Shown here one piece after another: positions 1 through 10,308 of a DNA stretch of 64,000 bases. Below the pieces are notes generated by a model. It was not told where the DNA came from. It did no database searches and saw only the letters and a list, made by a program, of their open reading frames with translations. Source of the stretch: Candidatus Cloacimonadota bacterium. Lineage in GTDB: Bacteria; Cloacimonadota; Cloacimonadia; G963667145. Location: NCBI GenBank assembly GCA_963667255.1, contig OY762940.1:1376001-1440000 (forward strand), given 5' to 3'. Each line of letters opens with the position of its first letter. Position 1 is the first letter of the stretch. Made by a program: the position numbers and the translations under genes.

Positions 1-1204
1 GCCACAAATACCCATCTTCATCCAAAATTCCCATATCACCTGTATCATACCAACCATCACAAAAACGAAGCGAACTCTCTTCCTCATCGTTGTAATAACT
101 GCTAATCACATTTTCGCCACGCACAAGAATTTTCCCCTCTTTCCCGTTAGGCAAAATCTCTCTGGTGCGGTCATCTACTATCTTCACCTCAACTCCCGGC
201 AAAGCTCTGCCTACAGAACCAGGCTTGTCAAACCCTGGGATATTTGTGCTGATAACTGGTGAAGCCTCCGTTACTCCATATCCCTCGAACAACTCCACAC
301 CAAAACGGTCTTTATACTCATTTTTGGTTTTGTTGCCCAGTTTGTCCGCTCCCGCTATCATCGTCTTGATATTGGCAAAAGTTCGCTCATTGGCATAACG
401 CAAATAAGCACTGAACATATTGGGAGTTCCCATGGTAAACGAAACCTTGTATTTTTCAAAAATCTCACACAATGTTTTGAACTCCAACGGATTTGGATGT
501 GTAACCAAAGTCGCTCCATAGTAAACGCCATACCACAACAAAACCGTATAGCCAAACACATGGAACAGCGGCAAATTAGCCATAACCACATCTTCCTTAC
601 GCATCGGAATATAATAAGGATAAGAGTTAAGCTGACTCAACACATTTTTTTGACTGATGGGCACGCATTTCGGTTCTTTTTCACTCCCCGAAGTGAATAG
701 CATTACGCAAGTATCTTGAATTCTAAGTTTATTAACCATCGCTTTCAAACAAGAAACAGGAAGTTTGGACTTGGCAAAAGCCAAAGCCTTGTCCAACGAA
801 GATAGAGAAACAAAAATATCTTCCAAGAACACCATCTGTTTGGTAGGCTCCACATTGAATTTTTCCAAAAGTTTTTTGGAAGTCAAAATAAGCTCAACTC
901 CACATTTCTCTTTGGCATATTGACAGTTTTTGATAATCCCCGTGGAGTAATTAATCATCACGGAGACTTTACCGGCGGACAAAGCAGCAATAAGAGAGAT
1001 AATCGCTCCACCTGAAGTAGGCACCATCATACCTATCTTCTTTTGCTTATAGCCTTCAAATTTCTTCTTTAGCAAAAGCACGGCTATCAAAGCTCTTCCG
1101 TAAGTAAATTCCTGTCCGCTTACCCCATCGACAAAAGCTACTTTTTTAGGATTTTTCTTCGCAATCTCAACGAATTTTCCTGCCAACAATTTATAATTTT
1201 TCAT
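1..1204 (-). CDS. Aas-type acyl-ACP synthetase / AMP-binding protein, paralog 3 (3' end runs off window)
   Basis: Not in ORF track; ATG at 1204 reads MKNYKLLAGKFVEIAKK...LFTSGSEKEPK...EGYGVTEASP...WYDTGDMG, co-linear with the two upstream paralogs. Confidence 0.85.
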   Translation of the reverse strand, partial: MKNYKLLAGKFVEIAKKNPKKVAFVDGVSGQEFTYGRALIAVLLLKKKFEGYKQKKIGMMVPTSGGAIISLIAALSAGKVSVMINYSTGIIKNCQYAKEKCGVELILTSKKLLEKFNVEPTKQMVFLEDIFVSLSSLDKALAFAKSKLPVSCLKAMVNKLRIQDTCVMLFTSGSEKEPKCVPISQKNVLSQLNSYPYYIPMRKEDVVMANLPLFHVFGYTVLLWYGVYYGATLVTHPNPLEFKTLCEIFEKYKVSFTMGTPNMFSAYLRYANERTFANIKTMIAGADKLGNKTKNEYKDRFGVELFEGYGVTEASPVISTNIPGFDKPGSVGRALPGVEVKIVDDRTREILPNGKEGKILVRGENVISSYYNDEEESSLRFCDGWYDTGDMGILDEDGYLW

Positions 1205-1213
1205 ATCTATCAC

Positions 1214-2737
1214 CTATCTCACTTGCTCCATTTCGTCACATATTTTCTGAACTTCTCTAAAATCAACCTTACCGCTACCCATAAGCGGAATCTCTTTTAG
1301 CACTATCTGCTTTTTGGGTATATAAATCGCTGTAAACCCTTTGGAATTTAGATGTGTTCTCAACTTATTCAAATTTGTCCTTTTGGTTACAGCTATAGCC
1401 AAAGCAGACCCCTTTTTTGCAGCCAACAGCTCCACTACACAATACAAAACAGTATCGGGGAAAAAGTCTTGCAACGCATTCTCGACGGCAACCATACTTA
1501 CCATCTCTCCGCCGATTTTGACAAATCTCTTCAATCTGCCACGATGCCACAAAAAACCGTCCTCATCCAAAACTCCCATATCGCCCGTGTCATACCAGCC
1601 ATTGTGCATATGATAACTGGTCTCTTCTACATCCCGATAGTATCCTTGCATAATGTTATCGCCACGAAGCATAATCTTGCCTTCGCTCCCAACCGGCAAC
1701 TTCTCTCCAGAATCTATGCCTACTATCTTCACTTCCACTCCGGGCAACGGCTTCCCCAAACTGCCGGGCTTATGAAACTCCCTGTTATTTGTGGAAACTA
1801 CAGGCGAAGCCTCCGTCACTCCGTATCCTTGCCACACCTCTTTACCAAAACGATTAAGATATTCCAACCGCACATTTTCCGGCAGATTATCCGCTCCGGA
1901 AACCATAACTTTCAAAGAATCAAAAGTGTTGTCATCGGCTTTACTCAAATACGACCTAAAAAATGACGGAGTTGCCACTAAATAAGTAGCCTTATGTTTA
2001 GCGATGGATTTGCATATTTTCTTATATTCCAAAGGATTGGGGTGAGTAACAATCGTGCATCCAAAAGAAATCGGTAGCCAAAACATAGTGGTAAATCCGA
2101 ACACATGAAACAGAGGCAAACAAGAAAGAAAAATCTCATTTTCATCCATCTCCAACACCTGAGGGATGCTCACTAATTGTTGCGAAATATTTTTGTGGGT
2201 CAAAGGGACAGCCTTAGGAGTCTTCTCGCTACCTGAAGTAAACAAAATCACCACAATCTCATCCTCGCTACCTATGTGAATCATTTGCTTTATAAAGGAG
2301 GTGGTAAGTTTGGCAATCACTCCCGCTTTTACCTTGGAAAATAAAGAGATATTTTCAATAAACTCTTCGATAAAAATCATTCCCGGCAAAGGCTCTAACT
2401 CCAGCTTCTCTAAAAGAGCAGAAGAAGTTATTATCAAATCGAAATTACATTTTTTGCGGGCAAATACGGAATTTTTGATAGCTCCGGTCGAATAATTAAT
2501 AATCACGGGAACTTTATCCGCCATCAGAGTAGCAATAATGGCTATCATACAGCCACCAGAAGTCGGTATCATTATCCCAATATTTTTCTCTTCATACAGA
2601 GCAATTTTGTCTTTCAAGATAATACTGGCAATTAAAGCCTTGGTATAGCTGATTCCTTTACCAGTCGTCCCATCAATGAAAGCTACTTTATCCTTTTGTT
2701 TTTTAGCAACTTCAACAAACATTTCTTGCAAAATCAT
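1214..2737 (-). CDS. Aas-type acyl-ACP synthetase / AMP-binding protein, paralog 2
   Basis: LFTSGSEKTPK, GYGVTEASP, WYDTGD, GRLKRFVKIGGEMVS, GSGKVD motifs. Confidence 0.9.
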   Translation of the reverse strand: MILQEMFVEVAKKQKDKVAFIDGTTGKGISYTKALIASIILKDKIALYEEKNIGIMIPTSGGCMIAIIATLMADKVPVIINYSTGAIKNSVFARKKCNFDLIITSSALLEKLELEPLPGMIFIEEFIENISLFSKVKAGVIAKLTTSFIKQMIHIGSEDEIVVILFTSGSEKTPKAVPLTHKNISQQLVSIPQVLEMDENEIFLSCLPLFHVFGFTTMFWLPISFGCTIVTHPNPLEYKKICKSIAKHKATYLVATPSFFRSYLSKADDNTFDSLKVMVSGADNLPENVRLEYLNRFGKEVWQGYGVTEASPVVSTNNREFHKPGSLGKPLPGVEVKIVGIDSGEKLPVGSEGKIMLRGDNIMQGYYRDVEETSYHMHNGWYDTGDMGVLDEDGFLWHRGRLKRFVKIGGEMVSMVAVENALQDFFPDTVLYCVVELLAAKKGSALAIAVTKRTNLNKLRTHLNSKGFTAIYIPKKQIVLKEIPLMGSGKVDFREVQKICDEMEQVR

Positions 2738-2791
2738 TTAGACAAGCCCCCTCTCCAAAATTTCATTACTAACATAAAGTTGAACCCAATC

Positions 2792-4345
2792 CTAACTCTT
2801 CTCGTTGCACTCATTTTGAACAGACTTGAAATCAACCTTGCCACTGCCCAAGATAGGAATATCATCCAGAATAAAAAGTTTGGACGGCAAACTGATGGAA
2901 CTAATGCCGTTTTTCACCAAAAACTTTTTGATTTCCAAAAGGTTACATTCTTGGTTAACAGCCAATCCTACACAAGAACTGCCGTCTTCCTGCTTAATCT
3001 CCACCGCACAATAAGAAACTTCCGGTGGGAAAAACTTCTGCAAAGCCACCTCAACAACAACCAGACTAACCATTTCACCACCAATTTTCATAAATCTTTT
3101 AGCTCTACCTCTGTGCCAAATATAACCCTCTTCATCAATAATCGCAATATCTCCTGTGTCATACCAGCCGTCTTTTAGGGAACTTCCATCCAATTTTTCA
3201 TCAACAAGGTAACCATTCATCACATTCTCGCCCTTTACCAAAAGCCTACCTTCCTGACCATTGGGGAGCTCATTCTCAGACTCTCTCCCCACAACTTTGA
3301 CCTGCACACCAGGCAATTGCCTGCCGATACTACCAGGCTTGTGATAAGCAGATGTGTTCGTGCTGATAACAGGCGAAGCCTCGGTCACTCCGTATCCTTC
3401 GCAAAGAGTTTTCCCAAATTTATCATAATAAGCCATACGAACGCCCTCAGGCAATTTGTCGGCACCGCAAATCATTATGCGGACAGTATCAAAAGTGTCG
3501 GAATTGGATTTGGGCAAATACGCTTTAAAAAACACAGGTGTTCCCGTCATAAAAGAAATTTTGTATTGGGGCACAGTCTGACATACCAATTTATAATCCA
3601 AGGGGTTAGCCACAGTTACCATCGTAGCACCCAAGGAGATAGGCAACCAAAAATTAGTGGTAAATCCGAAACTGTGAAACAACGGAAGAGAAGACAAAAA
3701 GATATCCTTGTCGGTTAAATCAAGTATCTTGGGAATCGCTACCAACTGAGAAACAATATTATTGTGAGAAAGCGGAACAACTTTCGGTTCGGACTCACTA
3801 CCTGTCGTCAAGAGCATCACCGCCCAATCTTCACCGCCTCTTCTGTGAAACTCAGACAAAATTTTTCTCGAAGATTTTTTGCTTTTCCAAAGAGCTTTGA
3901 TTTTGTCCATAAAAGTAACATTGCCAAGGAAATCCTCAACCATAACCATCTTATCTATCGGCTCAATCTCCAATTTTTCCAAAAGTTTCTCGGAAGTGAT
4001 GACCACATCCAATTTGCACTTTTTAATTGCATACAAACTATTAGCAATCGCACCCGTTGAATAATTAATCAGCACAGGCACTTTGCCCGACAAAAGAACA
4101 GCAATACAGACCAACATTCCACCTGGAGATGTCGGTATCATCACGCCTACCCTCTTCCCCGAGAGCTTTTCTATCTCTTTTGCCAACATCAACACGGCTA
4201 CCAAAGATTTGGAATAACTAAGTTTTTTGCCACTCGTTGTATCAATGAAAGCTGTTTTGCTCCCAAATTTTTTTACAGTTTCTAAATAAATTTCTACCAA
4301 TGAATTATTCAAAATATCTCCCTTTTTGGACACGCCACTATCCAT
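2792..4345 (-). CDS. Aas-type acyl-ACP synthetase / AMP-binding protein, paralog 1
   Basis: LLTTGSESEPK, EGYGVTEASP, WYDTGD, GSGKVD motifs. Confidence 0.9.
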   Translation of the reverse strand: MDSGVSKKGDILNNSLVEIYLETVKKFGSKTAFIDTTSGKKLSYSKSLVAVLMLAKEIEKLSGKRVGVMIPTSPGGMLVCIAVLLSGKVPVLINYSTGAIANSLYAIKKCKLDVVITSEKLLEKLEIEPIDKMVMVEDFLGNVTFMDKIKALWKSKKSSRKILSEFHRRGGEDWAVMLLTTGSESEPKVVPLSHNNIVSQLVAIPKILDLTDKDIFLSSLPLFHSFGFTTNFWLPISLGATMVTVANPLDYKLVCQTVPQYKISFMTGTPVFFKAYLPKSNSDTFDTVRIMICGADKLPEGVRMAYYDKFGKTLCEGYGVTEASPVISTNTSAYHKPGSIGRQLPGVQVKVVGRESENELPNGQEGRLLVKGENVMNGYLVDEKLDGSSLKDGWYDTGDIAIIDEEGYIWHRGRAKRFMKIGGEMVSLVVVEVALQKFFPPEVSYCAVEIKQEDGSSCVGLAVNQECNLLEIKKFLVKNGISSISLPSKLFILDDIPILGSGKVDFKSVQNECNEKS

Positions 4346-4354
4346 TCCCTAAAA

Positions 4355-6190
4355 TTATTCGACAGTCACACTCTTGGCAAGATTACGAGGTTGATCAATA
4401 TTCAGACCTTTCCCATAAGCCACATAATACGCCAACAATTGCAACGGAATGCTCGCCAATATTGGCATTAGCGACCAAGTAGTTTGCGGTATGTAAAATA
4501 CCCTCTGACAAATCGCTTCCAAATTCGCATCTCTATTAGAAGCAACCGCATATATCTTCCCCTTTCGAGACCTAACCTCTTCCAAATTGGAAATAACCTT
4601 ATGATAGATGATGTCGGAAGGAGCTATAGCCAAAATGGGCATATTTTCGTCAATCAAGGCAATCGGACCGTGCTTCATCTCGGCAGCCGGATAGCCCTCT
4701 GCATGAATATAAGAAATTTCCTTGAGCTTCAGAGCACCTTCCAGAGCCGTAGGGAAGTTAACATCTCTTCCCAAAAATAAAGCGTTCGAAGCACCAACAA
4801 TAAGCCCAGCCACCTCTTTGACCTCATCTTTGCACTTCAACACTTCGTCAATTTTGGCAGGCAAAGACTCCAACTCCAAGATGAATTTCATTATCTGTTC
4901 ACTATCGGCAAACCCTCTGACTTGCCCGAAATGGTGAGCCAAAAGGACCAAAACAGTTACCTGTGATGTAAAAGCTTTGGTGGAAGCGACACCAATCTCC
5001 GGTCCAGCGTGCAGATATGTCCCTCCGTCAGACTCGCGAGCAATCTCACTTCCCACAACATTGGTAATGCTATAAACTCTCGCTCCTCTATTTTTAGCCT
5101 CTCGTATCGCCGCCAAAGTGTCGGCAGTAGAGCCAGATTGGCTGATGGCTATCACTATTGTGTGTCTGGGGATTATCGGATTGCGATAGCGATATTCACT
5201 GGCATACTCCACACTTACGGGTATTTTCGCGATTTTCTCCAACAAATATTTCCCAACTAAACCAGCATGCCACGAAGTGCCACAAGCAACAATTTGAATA
5301 TTCTCAAGGTCTCGTATCTCTTTTGATGTAAGGTTAAAGCCACCCAACCTAACCAAACATTCCGACTTGTTGATTCGCCCTCTGAAAGCGTTCCTAACCG
5401 TTTCCGCCTGTTCACAAATCTCCTTGAGCATAAAATGCTCATATCCATTCTTGGTAATGGAAGAGATGTCCCAATCGACAACATCAATTTTCTTTTCTAT
5501 CGGCTCATCGTCCAAAGTGGTAATCTCAAAATCGTCTTTACTAATGCTAACCATCTGGAAATCGTCCAAATAGATAACATTAGAAGTGTGAATCATAATA
5601 GCACTAACATCGGAAGCAACAAAATTTTCATCGTCTCCCACACCGATTACCAAAGGACTTCCACATCTGGCAGCATACAAAACTTCGGGATTTTCAGTGT
5701 CCAAAACAGCGATACCATAAGTGCCTTCAACTTTCTTCAACGCAATCTGAATCGCTTTTTTGGTGTCGTTTCCCTTATTTTTGAAATAACTAATCAAATT
5801 TGCCAAAACTTCCGTATCAGTCTGCGATTTGAACTCAAACCCTTTCTTACTCAGCTCTTCACGCAAAAATTTGTAATTTTCGATAATTCCGTTGTGAACC
5901 AAGCAAATTTTCCCATCCATACTACGATGAGGATGAGCGTTCTCCAAAGTAGGTTCGCCGTGAGTTGCCCAGCGAGTATGCCCAATTCCCAAATTTGACA
6001 CATTATCTTCTGTGCCCAACTTTTCTTGCAAATTGGCTATTTTGCCGACCGCCTTTGTAACCTTAATATCATTATCATGCCAAAGAGCAACACCAGCACT
6101 ATCATATCCGCGATATTCCAGCTTTTTCAAGCCGCCAATTATTATGGACAAAGCCTGTTTATCGCCAATGTATCCAACTATTCCACACAT
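4355..6190 (-). CDS. glmS: Glutamine--fructose-6-phosphate transaminase (isomerizing)
   Basis: MCGIVG start, EYRGYDSAG, HTRWATHG, C-terminal PRNLAKSVTVE. Confidence 0.98.
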   Translation of the reverse strand: MCGIVGYIGDKQALSIIIGGLKKLEYRGYDSAGVALWHDNDIKVTKAVGKIANLQEKLGTEDNVSNLGIGHTRWATHGEPTLENAHPHRSMDGKICLVHNGIIENYKFLREELSKKGFEFKSQTDTEVLANLISYFKNKGNDTKKAIQIALKKVEGTYGIAVLDTENPEVLYAARCGSPLVIGVGDDENFVASDVSAIMIHTSNVIYLDDFQMVSISKDDFEITTLDDEPIEKKIDVVDWDISSITKNGYEHFMLKEICEQAETVRNAFRGRINKSECLVRLGGFNLTSKEIRDLENIQIVACGTSWHAGLVGKYLLEKIAKIPVSVEYASEYRYRNPIIPRHTIVIAISQSGSTADTLAAIREAKNRGARVYSITNVVGSEIARESDGGTYLHAGPEIGVASTKAFTSQVTVLVLLAHHFGQVRGFADSEQIMKFILELESLPAKIDEVLKCKDEVKEVAGLIVGASNALFLGRDVNFPTALEGALKLKEISYIHAEGYPAAEMKHGPIALIDENMPILAIAPSDIIYHKVISNLEEVRSRKGKIYAVASNRDANLEAICQRVFYIPQTTWSLMPILASIPLQLLAYYVAYGKGLNIDQPRNLAKSVTVE

Positions 6191-6208
6191 ACTACCACCT
6201 AATTTTTT

Positions 6209-6436
6209 TTAACCAGCAACAACTTCTTTAATATCAGGAATGTTCTCTTTCAATATCTTTTCCACACCTTGCTTGAGGGTCAAAGTTGCCATCGGACAAC
6301 CACTACAAGCTCCGGTAAGACGCACCTTTACGACTCCATCATCACAAATCTCTATCAACTTAACATCCCCACCATCAGCTTGAATAGCAGGTCTAATCTT
6401 ATCCAAATTTTTTTCTACGAGTTCTTTACTAATCAT
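6209..6436 (-). CDS. nfuA: NifU/NfuA-domain Fe-S carrier
   Basis: IRPAIQADGGDV...GACSGCP; ATG at 6436 preceded by AAGGAG. Confidence 0.9.
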   Translation of the reverse strand: MISKELVEKNLDKIRPAIQADGGDVKLIEICDDGVVKVRLTGACSGCPMATLTLKQGVEKILKENIPDIKEVVAG

Positions 6437-6451
6437 TTTTATCTCCTTCAC

Positions 6452-7864
6452 TTAAGAATTTAATTTTTCTATCTCTTTCCCAATGGAAAACAACAACTCC
6501 TCACTGAATTTGTTCCCCATCAATTGAACGCTCTGCGAAAAAGGCGAATCAGCACTAACTCTGCCGATAGGAATGCTCAGAGCAGGAATCCCTGCGATAT
6601 TAGCACTGCAAGTGAAAACATCCGTGTTATACATCGCCACGGGGTCTTCACACCTTTCGCCTATTTTGGGAGGCAACGAATTGGCAACCGGAGCAAGCAA
6701 AATGTCACACTCATTAGCGAAAATTTCGGAAAATTCTCGCTCAAAATTGCTCTTCGCCTGCAACGCCTTGCCATAATAAGCATCAAAATAACCAGCCGAC
6801 AACACATAAGTCCCAAGCATTATTCTCCGCTTTACCTCTTGTCCAAAACCCTCGGAACGCGAAGCCTTAATCATCTCCATCACTCCATCATCAACATCGG
6901 CTCTATTGGAATAACGCACGCCGTCAAATCTCGACAAATTGGAAGAAAGCTCCGCAGTCGTCAGCACATAATAGGTAGGGACAGCAAATTTACTGGAAGG
7001 AATGGAAACCGACTTGAACTGAAATCCGACAGACTTCATCTTCTCAATAAAATTCAAAATTCCCTCGGACAAATTTTCATCCAAAACATCAAAATACTCT
7101 TTGGGCAAACCAATCACAATCTCTTTGATATTCTTGTTAGAAACTTCGCTTTTATAAGGCTTGCTCGTCATATCGTTTTTGTCCTGACCCTTGATAATGT
7201 CAAAAATAAGCTGATTCTCCTGAACGGTTTTGCTCAAAACTCCTATCTGGTCTAAGGACGAAGAAAAGGCTGTCAACCCATAGCGAGAGACACTCCCATA
7301 AGTTGGCTTTAATCCGACCAATCCGCAATAACTCGCCGGCAAACGAATGGAGCCTCCGGTCTCACTGCCCAAAGCCACCGGCACCATATCTCCGGCAACA
7401 CTCACAGCCGAACCGCTACTGGAGCCTCCTGCCACATACGAACTGTCCAAAGGATTTTTCGCCACTCCAAAATGAGAGTACTCGCCAGTGGCACCCATAG
7501 CAAACTCATCAAGATTTGTCTTACCCACGATGATGGCATCTTCTTGCTCCAACTTCTCTATCACAGTAGCATCAAAGGGACTTATGTAATCTTGCAAACT
7601 CGCCGAAGCACAAGTCATCTTCTGCCCTGCAATCGCAATATTGTCCTTGACCGCAATCGGCAACCCAGCCAATTTTCCGACTTTTTGCCCTTTGCTAATC
7701 CTATCATCAATGTCTTTTGCTTTAGACAACGCTCGCTCTTGCAAAACGGTGATAAAAGCGTTCAACTCTTCTTTCTCGCTAATTTTGGCAAAAACATTTT
7801 CAACCACGGAAACAGCCGAAGTCTTTCGCTCCAAAATCCCGTCAATTATCTCAAAACTTTTCAA
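6452..7864 (-). CDS. gatA: Asp/Glu-tRNA amidotransferase subunit A
   Basis: GKTNLDEFAMG, GGSSSGSA, GGSIRLPA, EVKRRIMLGTYVLSAGYFDAYY. Confidence 0.96.
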   Translation of the reverse strand: MKSFEIIDGILERKTSAVSVVENVFAKISEKEELNAFITVLQERALSKAKDIDDRISKGQKVGKLAGLPIAVKDNIAIAGQKMTCASASLQDYISPFDATVIEKLEQEDAIIVGKTNLDEFAMGATGEYSHFGVAKNPLDSSYVAGGSSSGSAVSVAGDMVPVALGSETGGSIRLPASYCGLVGLKPTYGSVSRYGLTAFSSSLDQIGVLSKTVQENQLIFDIIKGQDKNDMTSKPYKSEVSNKNIKEIVIGLPKEYFDVLDENLSEGILNFIEKMKSVGFQFKSVSIPSSKFAVPTYYVLTTAELSSNLSRFDGVRYSNRADVDDGVMEMIKASRSEGFGQEVKRRIMLGTYVLSAGYFDAYYGKALQAKSNFEREFSEIFANECDILLAPVANSLPPKIGERCEDPVAMYNTDVFTCSANIAGIPALSIPIGRVSADSPFSQSVQLMGNKFSEELLFSIGKEIEKLNS

Positions 7865-7878
7865 AACTCTCTCTCAAT

Positions 7879-9396
7879 CTATGATTTTAATAAACTATTT
7901 CCCGTCATTTCAGCGGGTTTATCAATTCCCATCAACTCCAAAATCGTCGGAGCAATATCTCCCAACTTGCCGTCAGTCAACCTGTCTCTGCCATTACCAG
8001 CCAAGATAATCTTAACCGGAGAAGTGGTATGAGCAGTAAAAACTTCGCCATTTTCGTTCAACATCTTCTCCGCATTACCGTGGTCGGCAGTGATAAGCAC
8101 TTCGTATTCATGGCTCAAAGCCGTAGGAATAATCTTGCTCAAAACATCGTCCACAGTTTCTACAGCCCTTTTTGTCGCCTCGAAGTCGCCCGTATGACCG
8201 ACCATATCACAATTCGCCAGATTGCAAATAACCATCTGATATTTCTCTGCTTGCAACTGCTCAAGCAAAGCATCCGCAACCTCATAAGCACTCATCTCAG
8301 GTTGCAAATCGTAGGAAGCGACCTTGGGAGACGGTATCAAAATTCTGTCCTCGCCAGCAAAAGGCTCTTCCCGTGTTCCATTGAAGAAAAAAGTTACATG
8401 AGCATATTTTTCCGTTTCGGCAATCCTCAACTGCTTTAATCCACAATCCCCCACAACTTCACCCAAAATATTTTTGAGTGCCGGCAAACGAAACGCTACA
8501 CTCAAATAATCTTCCAAATGAACATCGTAAGGCGACATACTTACAAAACACAAATTTTTAAATTCGTTTCGCTCAAAATTGCCAAACTCAGGCAACAAGA
8601 AACTGTAAGAAATCTGTCTTGCTCTATCCGCTCTGAAATTAAAGAAAAACAAGGAATCGTCATCTTTTACCCCAGGCGTGTTGTCAATGACACAAGGCTT
8701 TATAAACTCGTCAGTTACCTTGTCAGCGTAGCTACTCTCCACAGCATCAACAGGATTGTCAAAATACTTGCCTTGCCTATTCACAAAGCAGTTATAAGCC
8801 TTTTCCACTCTGTCCCAACGATTGTCTCTATCCATCGCCCAATAACGCCCACACACACTGGCAACTTGACACAAATCTTTGGTTTCATCCAAAAACTCTT
8901 GCACAAAACCTTTCCCAGAATTGGGCAAAGTATCCCTACCGTCAGTAATCAAATGGTAAAAAATCTTGTCGGAAGACAAACCGCGAGAGTTCGCCAATTT
9001 CAGAAAAGCAAGCAAATGTTTGGGATTAGAATGCACCTTGCCATCGGACAACAAACCCATTATGTGAAGATTGCTACCGCTTTTTAGACAATTGTCAATC
9101 GCCTTGTTCAGAGCCTCATTCTTGTCAAATTCACCCGTGGCAATTGCTTTATCTATCAGAGTATTCAGCTGGTAAACGATGCGACCTGCACCAATATTCA
9201 GATGACCAACTTCGGAATTTCCCATAGTGCCATCTTCCAGACCGACAGCCAAACCAGAAGGCAAAAGAAACGAGCTACCATACTTAGATTCAAGGGCATC
9301 CAAAAATGGAGTTTTCGCATCAGCAACAGCGTTTCCAACCCTATTTGTTGAGTATCCCCATCCATCTAAAATCATCAATAAAACTTTCTTTTTCAT
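7879..9396 (-). CDS. gpmI: 2,3-bisphosphoglycerate-independent phosphoglycerate mutase
   Basis: ILDGWG, MGNSEVGH, ETEKYAHVTFFFNG, DMVGHTG, TADHGN; start placed at MKKKVLL (9396). Confidence 0.96.
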   Translation of the reverse strand: MKKKVLLMILDGWGYSTNRVGNAVADAKTPFLDALESKYGSSFLLPSGLAVGLEDGTMGNSEVGHLNIGAGRIVYQLNTLIDKAIATGEFDKNEALNKAIDNCLKSGSNLHIMGLLSDGKVHSNPKHLLAFLKLANSRGLSSDKIFYHLITDGRDTLPNSGKGFVQEFLDETKDLCQVASVCGRYWAMDRDNRWDRVEKAYNCFVNRQGKYFDNPVDAVESSYADKVTDEFIKPCVIDNTPGVKDDDSLFFFNFRADRARQISYSFLLPEFGNFERNEFKNLCFVSMSPYDVHLEDYLSVAFRLPALKNILGEVVGDCGLKQLRIAETEKYAHVTFFFNGTREEPFAGEDRILIPSPKVASYDLQPEMSAYEVADALLEQLQAEKYQMVICNLANCDMVGHTGDFEATKRAVETVDDVLSKIIPTALSHEYEVLITADHGNAEKMLNENGEVFTAHTTSPVKIILAGNGRDRLTDGKLGDIAPTILELMGIDKPAEMTGNSLLKS

Positions 9397-9697
9397 AAAG
9401 CATCTCACTTGAAAAAATTTGACATCAAGATTTAGTAAAGCAAGGTTTTGTCCAACTTTTTTGCCAAAAACTTGAATAAGAGAAATAAAATCATAGATGG
9501 TTTTCATATGGCGAAGTTTAAAACAAATATTTCAAATAATTTTCAAGGTCAGACTTTTATTTCTGAAACATATGTCAAAGGCTATAAACACAAAATACAA
9601 AAACAAACCAATTGGTAGGCTTTGTGTAATTTATAATTGGAAATGAATAATTATTGTCATCTGCCCGCCAAGCCACTGATAACTTACCAATATTTCA

Positions 9698-9725
9698 ATA
9701 AAAAAGCCTCCAAAATTGGAGGCTT
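9698..9725 (-). terminator. Intrinsic terminator ending the lipoprotein operon
   Basis: Minus strand AAGCCTCCA-ATTT-TGGAGGCTT followed by T-run. Confidence 0.8.
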
Positions 9726-9776
9726 AATTTCTTCTTTAGTAATTTTTTTATTTTCTTCTCCTCAATTCCATAGAAT

Positions 9777-10229
9777 CTATTGCTTCGTATAAACATATGC
9801 ACCTGTCCAGCTGGAAGAACTCGCTGAAAGATACAATTTTGAATTCTCAACCTTATAATAACAAAAATATGCAGAAGAGCCACTTGATGGAGTTCCAGCA
9901 ACACCATTAGTATATTTTGTTCTAGTATAAGTATAAGATCCTTGCCCAATTTTCGGACTGGAACTTGTGTTGACAGTATATGTTCCAGTTTGAGTTTCTA
10001 AAGTATAATTATTATCATCTGTAATAGATGTTTTGAGAGAATTTGTAAAAGACATATTGCTATTGTAAGTTACTTTTTCATACTCACTACTTGATGAGCG
10101 AACCCAAGTCCCAACTAACTCATTTGTAGAGCTACTGGTGCTACTATCGTCATCATCGTTCTCAAAAATATTACATCCACAGATACCCAACACCATCATC
10201 AACATTCCTAAAATTATTACTTTCTTCAT
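9777..10229 (-). CDS. Small lipoprotein, lipocalin-like beta-barrel domain
   Basis: Signal peptide with lipobox ICGC; LVGTW motif; Ser/Thr/Tyr-rich beta pattern; AGGAG RBS. Confidence 0.75.
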   Translation of the reverse strand: MKKVIILGMLMMVLGICGCNIFENDDDDSSTSSSTNELVGTWVRSSSSEYEKVTYNSNMSFTNSLKTSITDDNNYTLETQTGTYTVNTSSSPKIGQGSYTYTRTKYTNGVAGTPSSGSSAYFCYYKVENSKLYLSASSSSWTGAYVYTKQ

Positions 10230-10308
10230 TTTTTTCTCCTTTTATTTTAAAAATTTTATTCTTTACTTAGTGCTAAAAGAACATCTCAAAATTTTTCACA
10301 ACTATATG

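Noticed and set aside
6191..6208. glmS ribozyme
   Set aside because: Only 18 bp between nfuA and glmS.
9397..9507. N-terminal extension of gpmI given by the ORF track
   Set aside because: Family similarity begins at MKKKVLL; the upstream part looks like intergenic DNA.
10259..10281. Weak inverted repeat downstream of the VR (DGR hairpin or CIRCE half-site)
   Set aside because: AT-rich, imperfect, loop too short; not enough to call.
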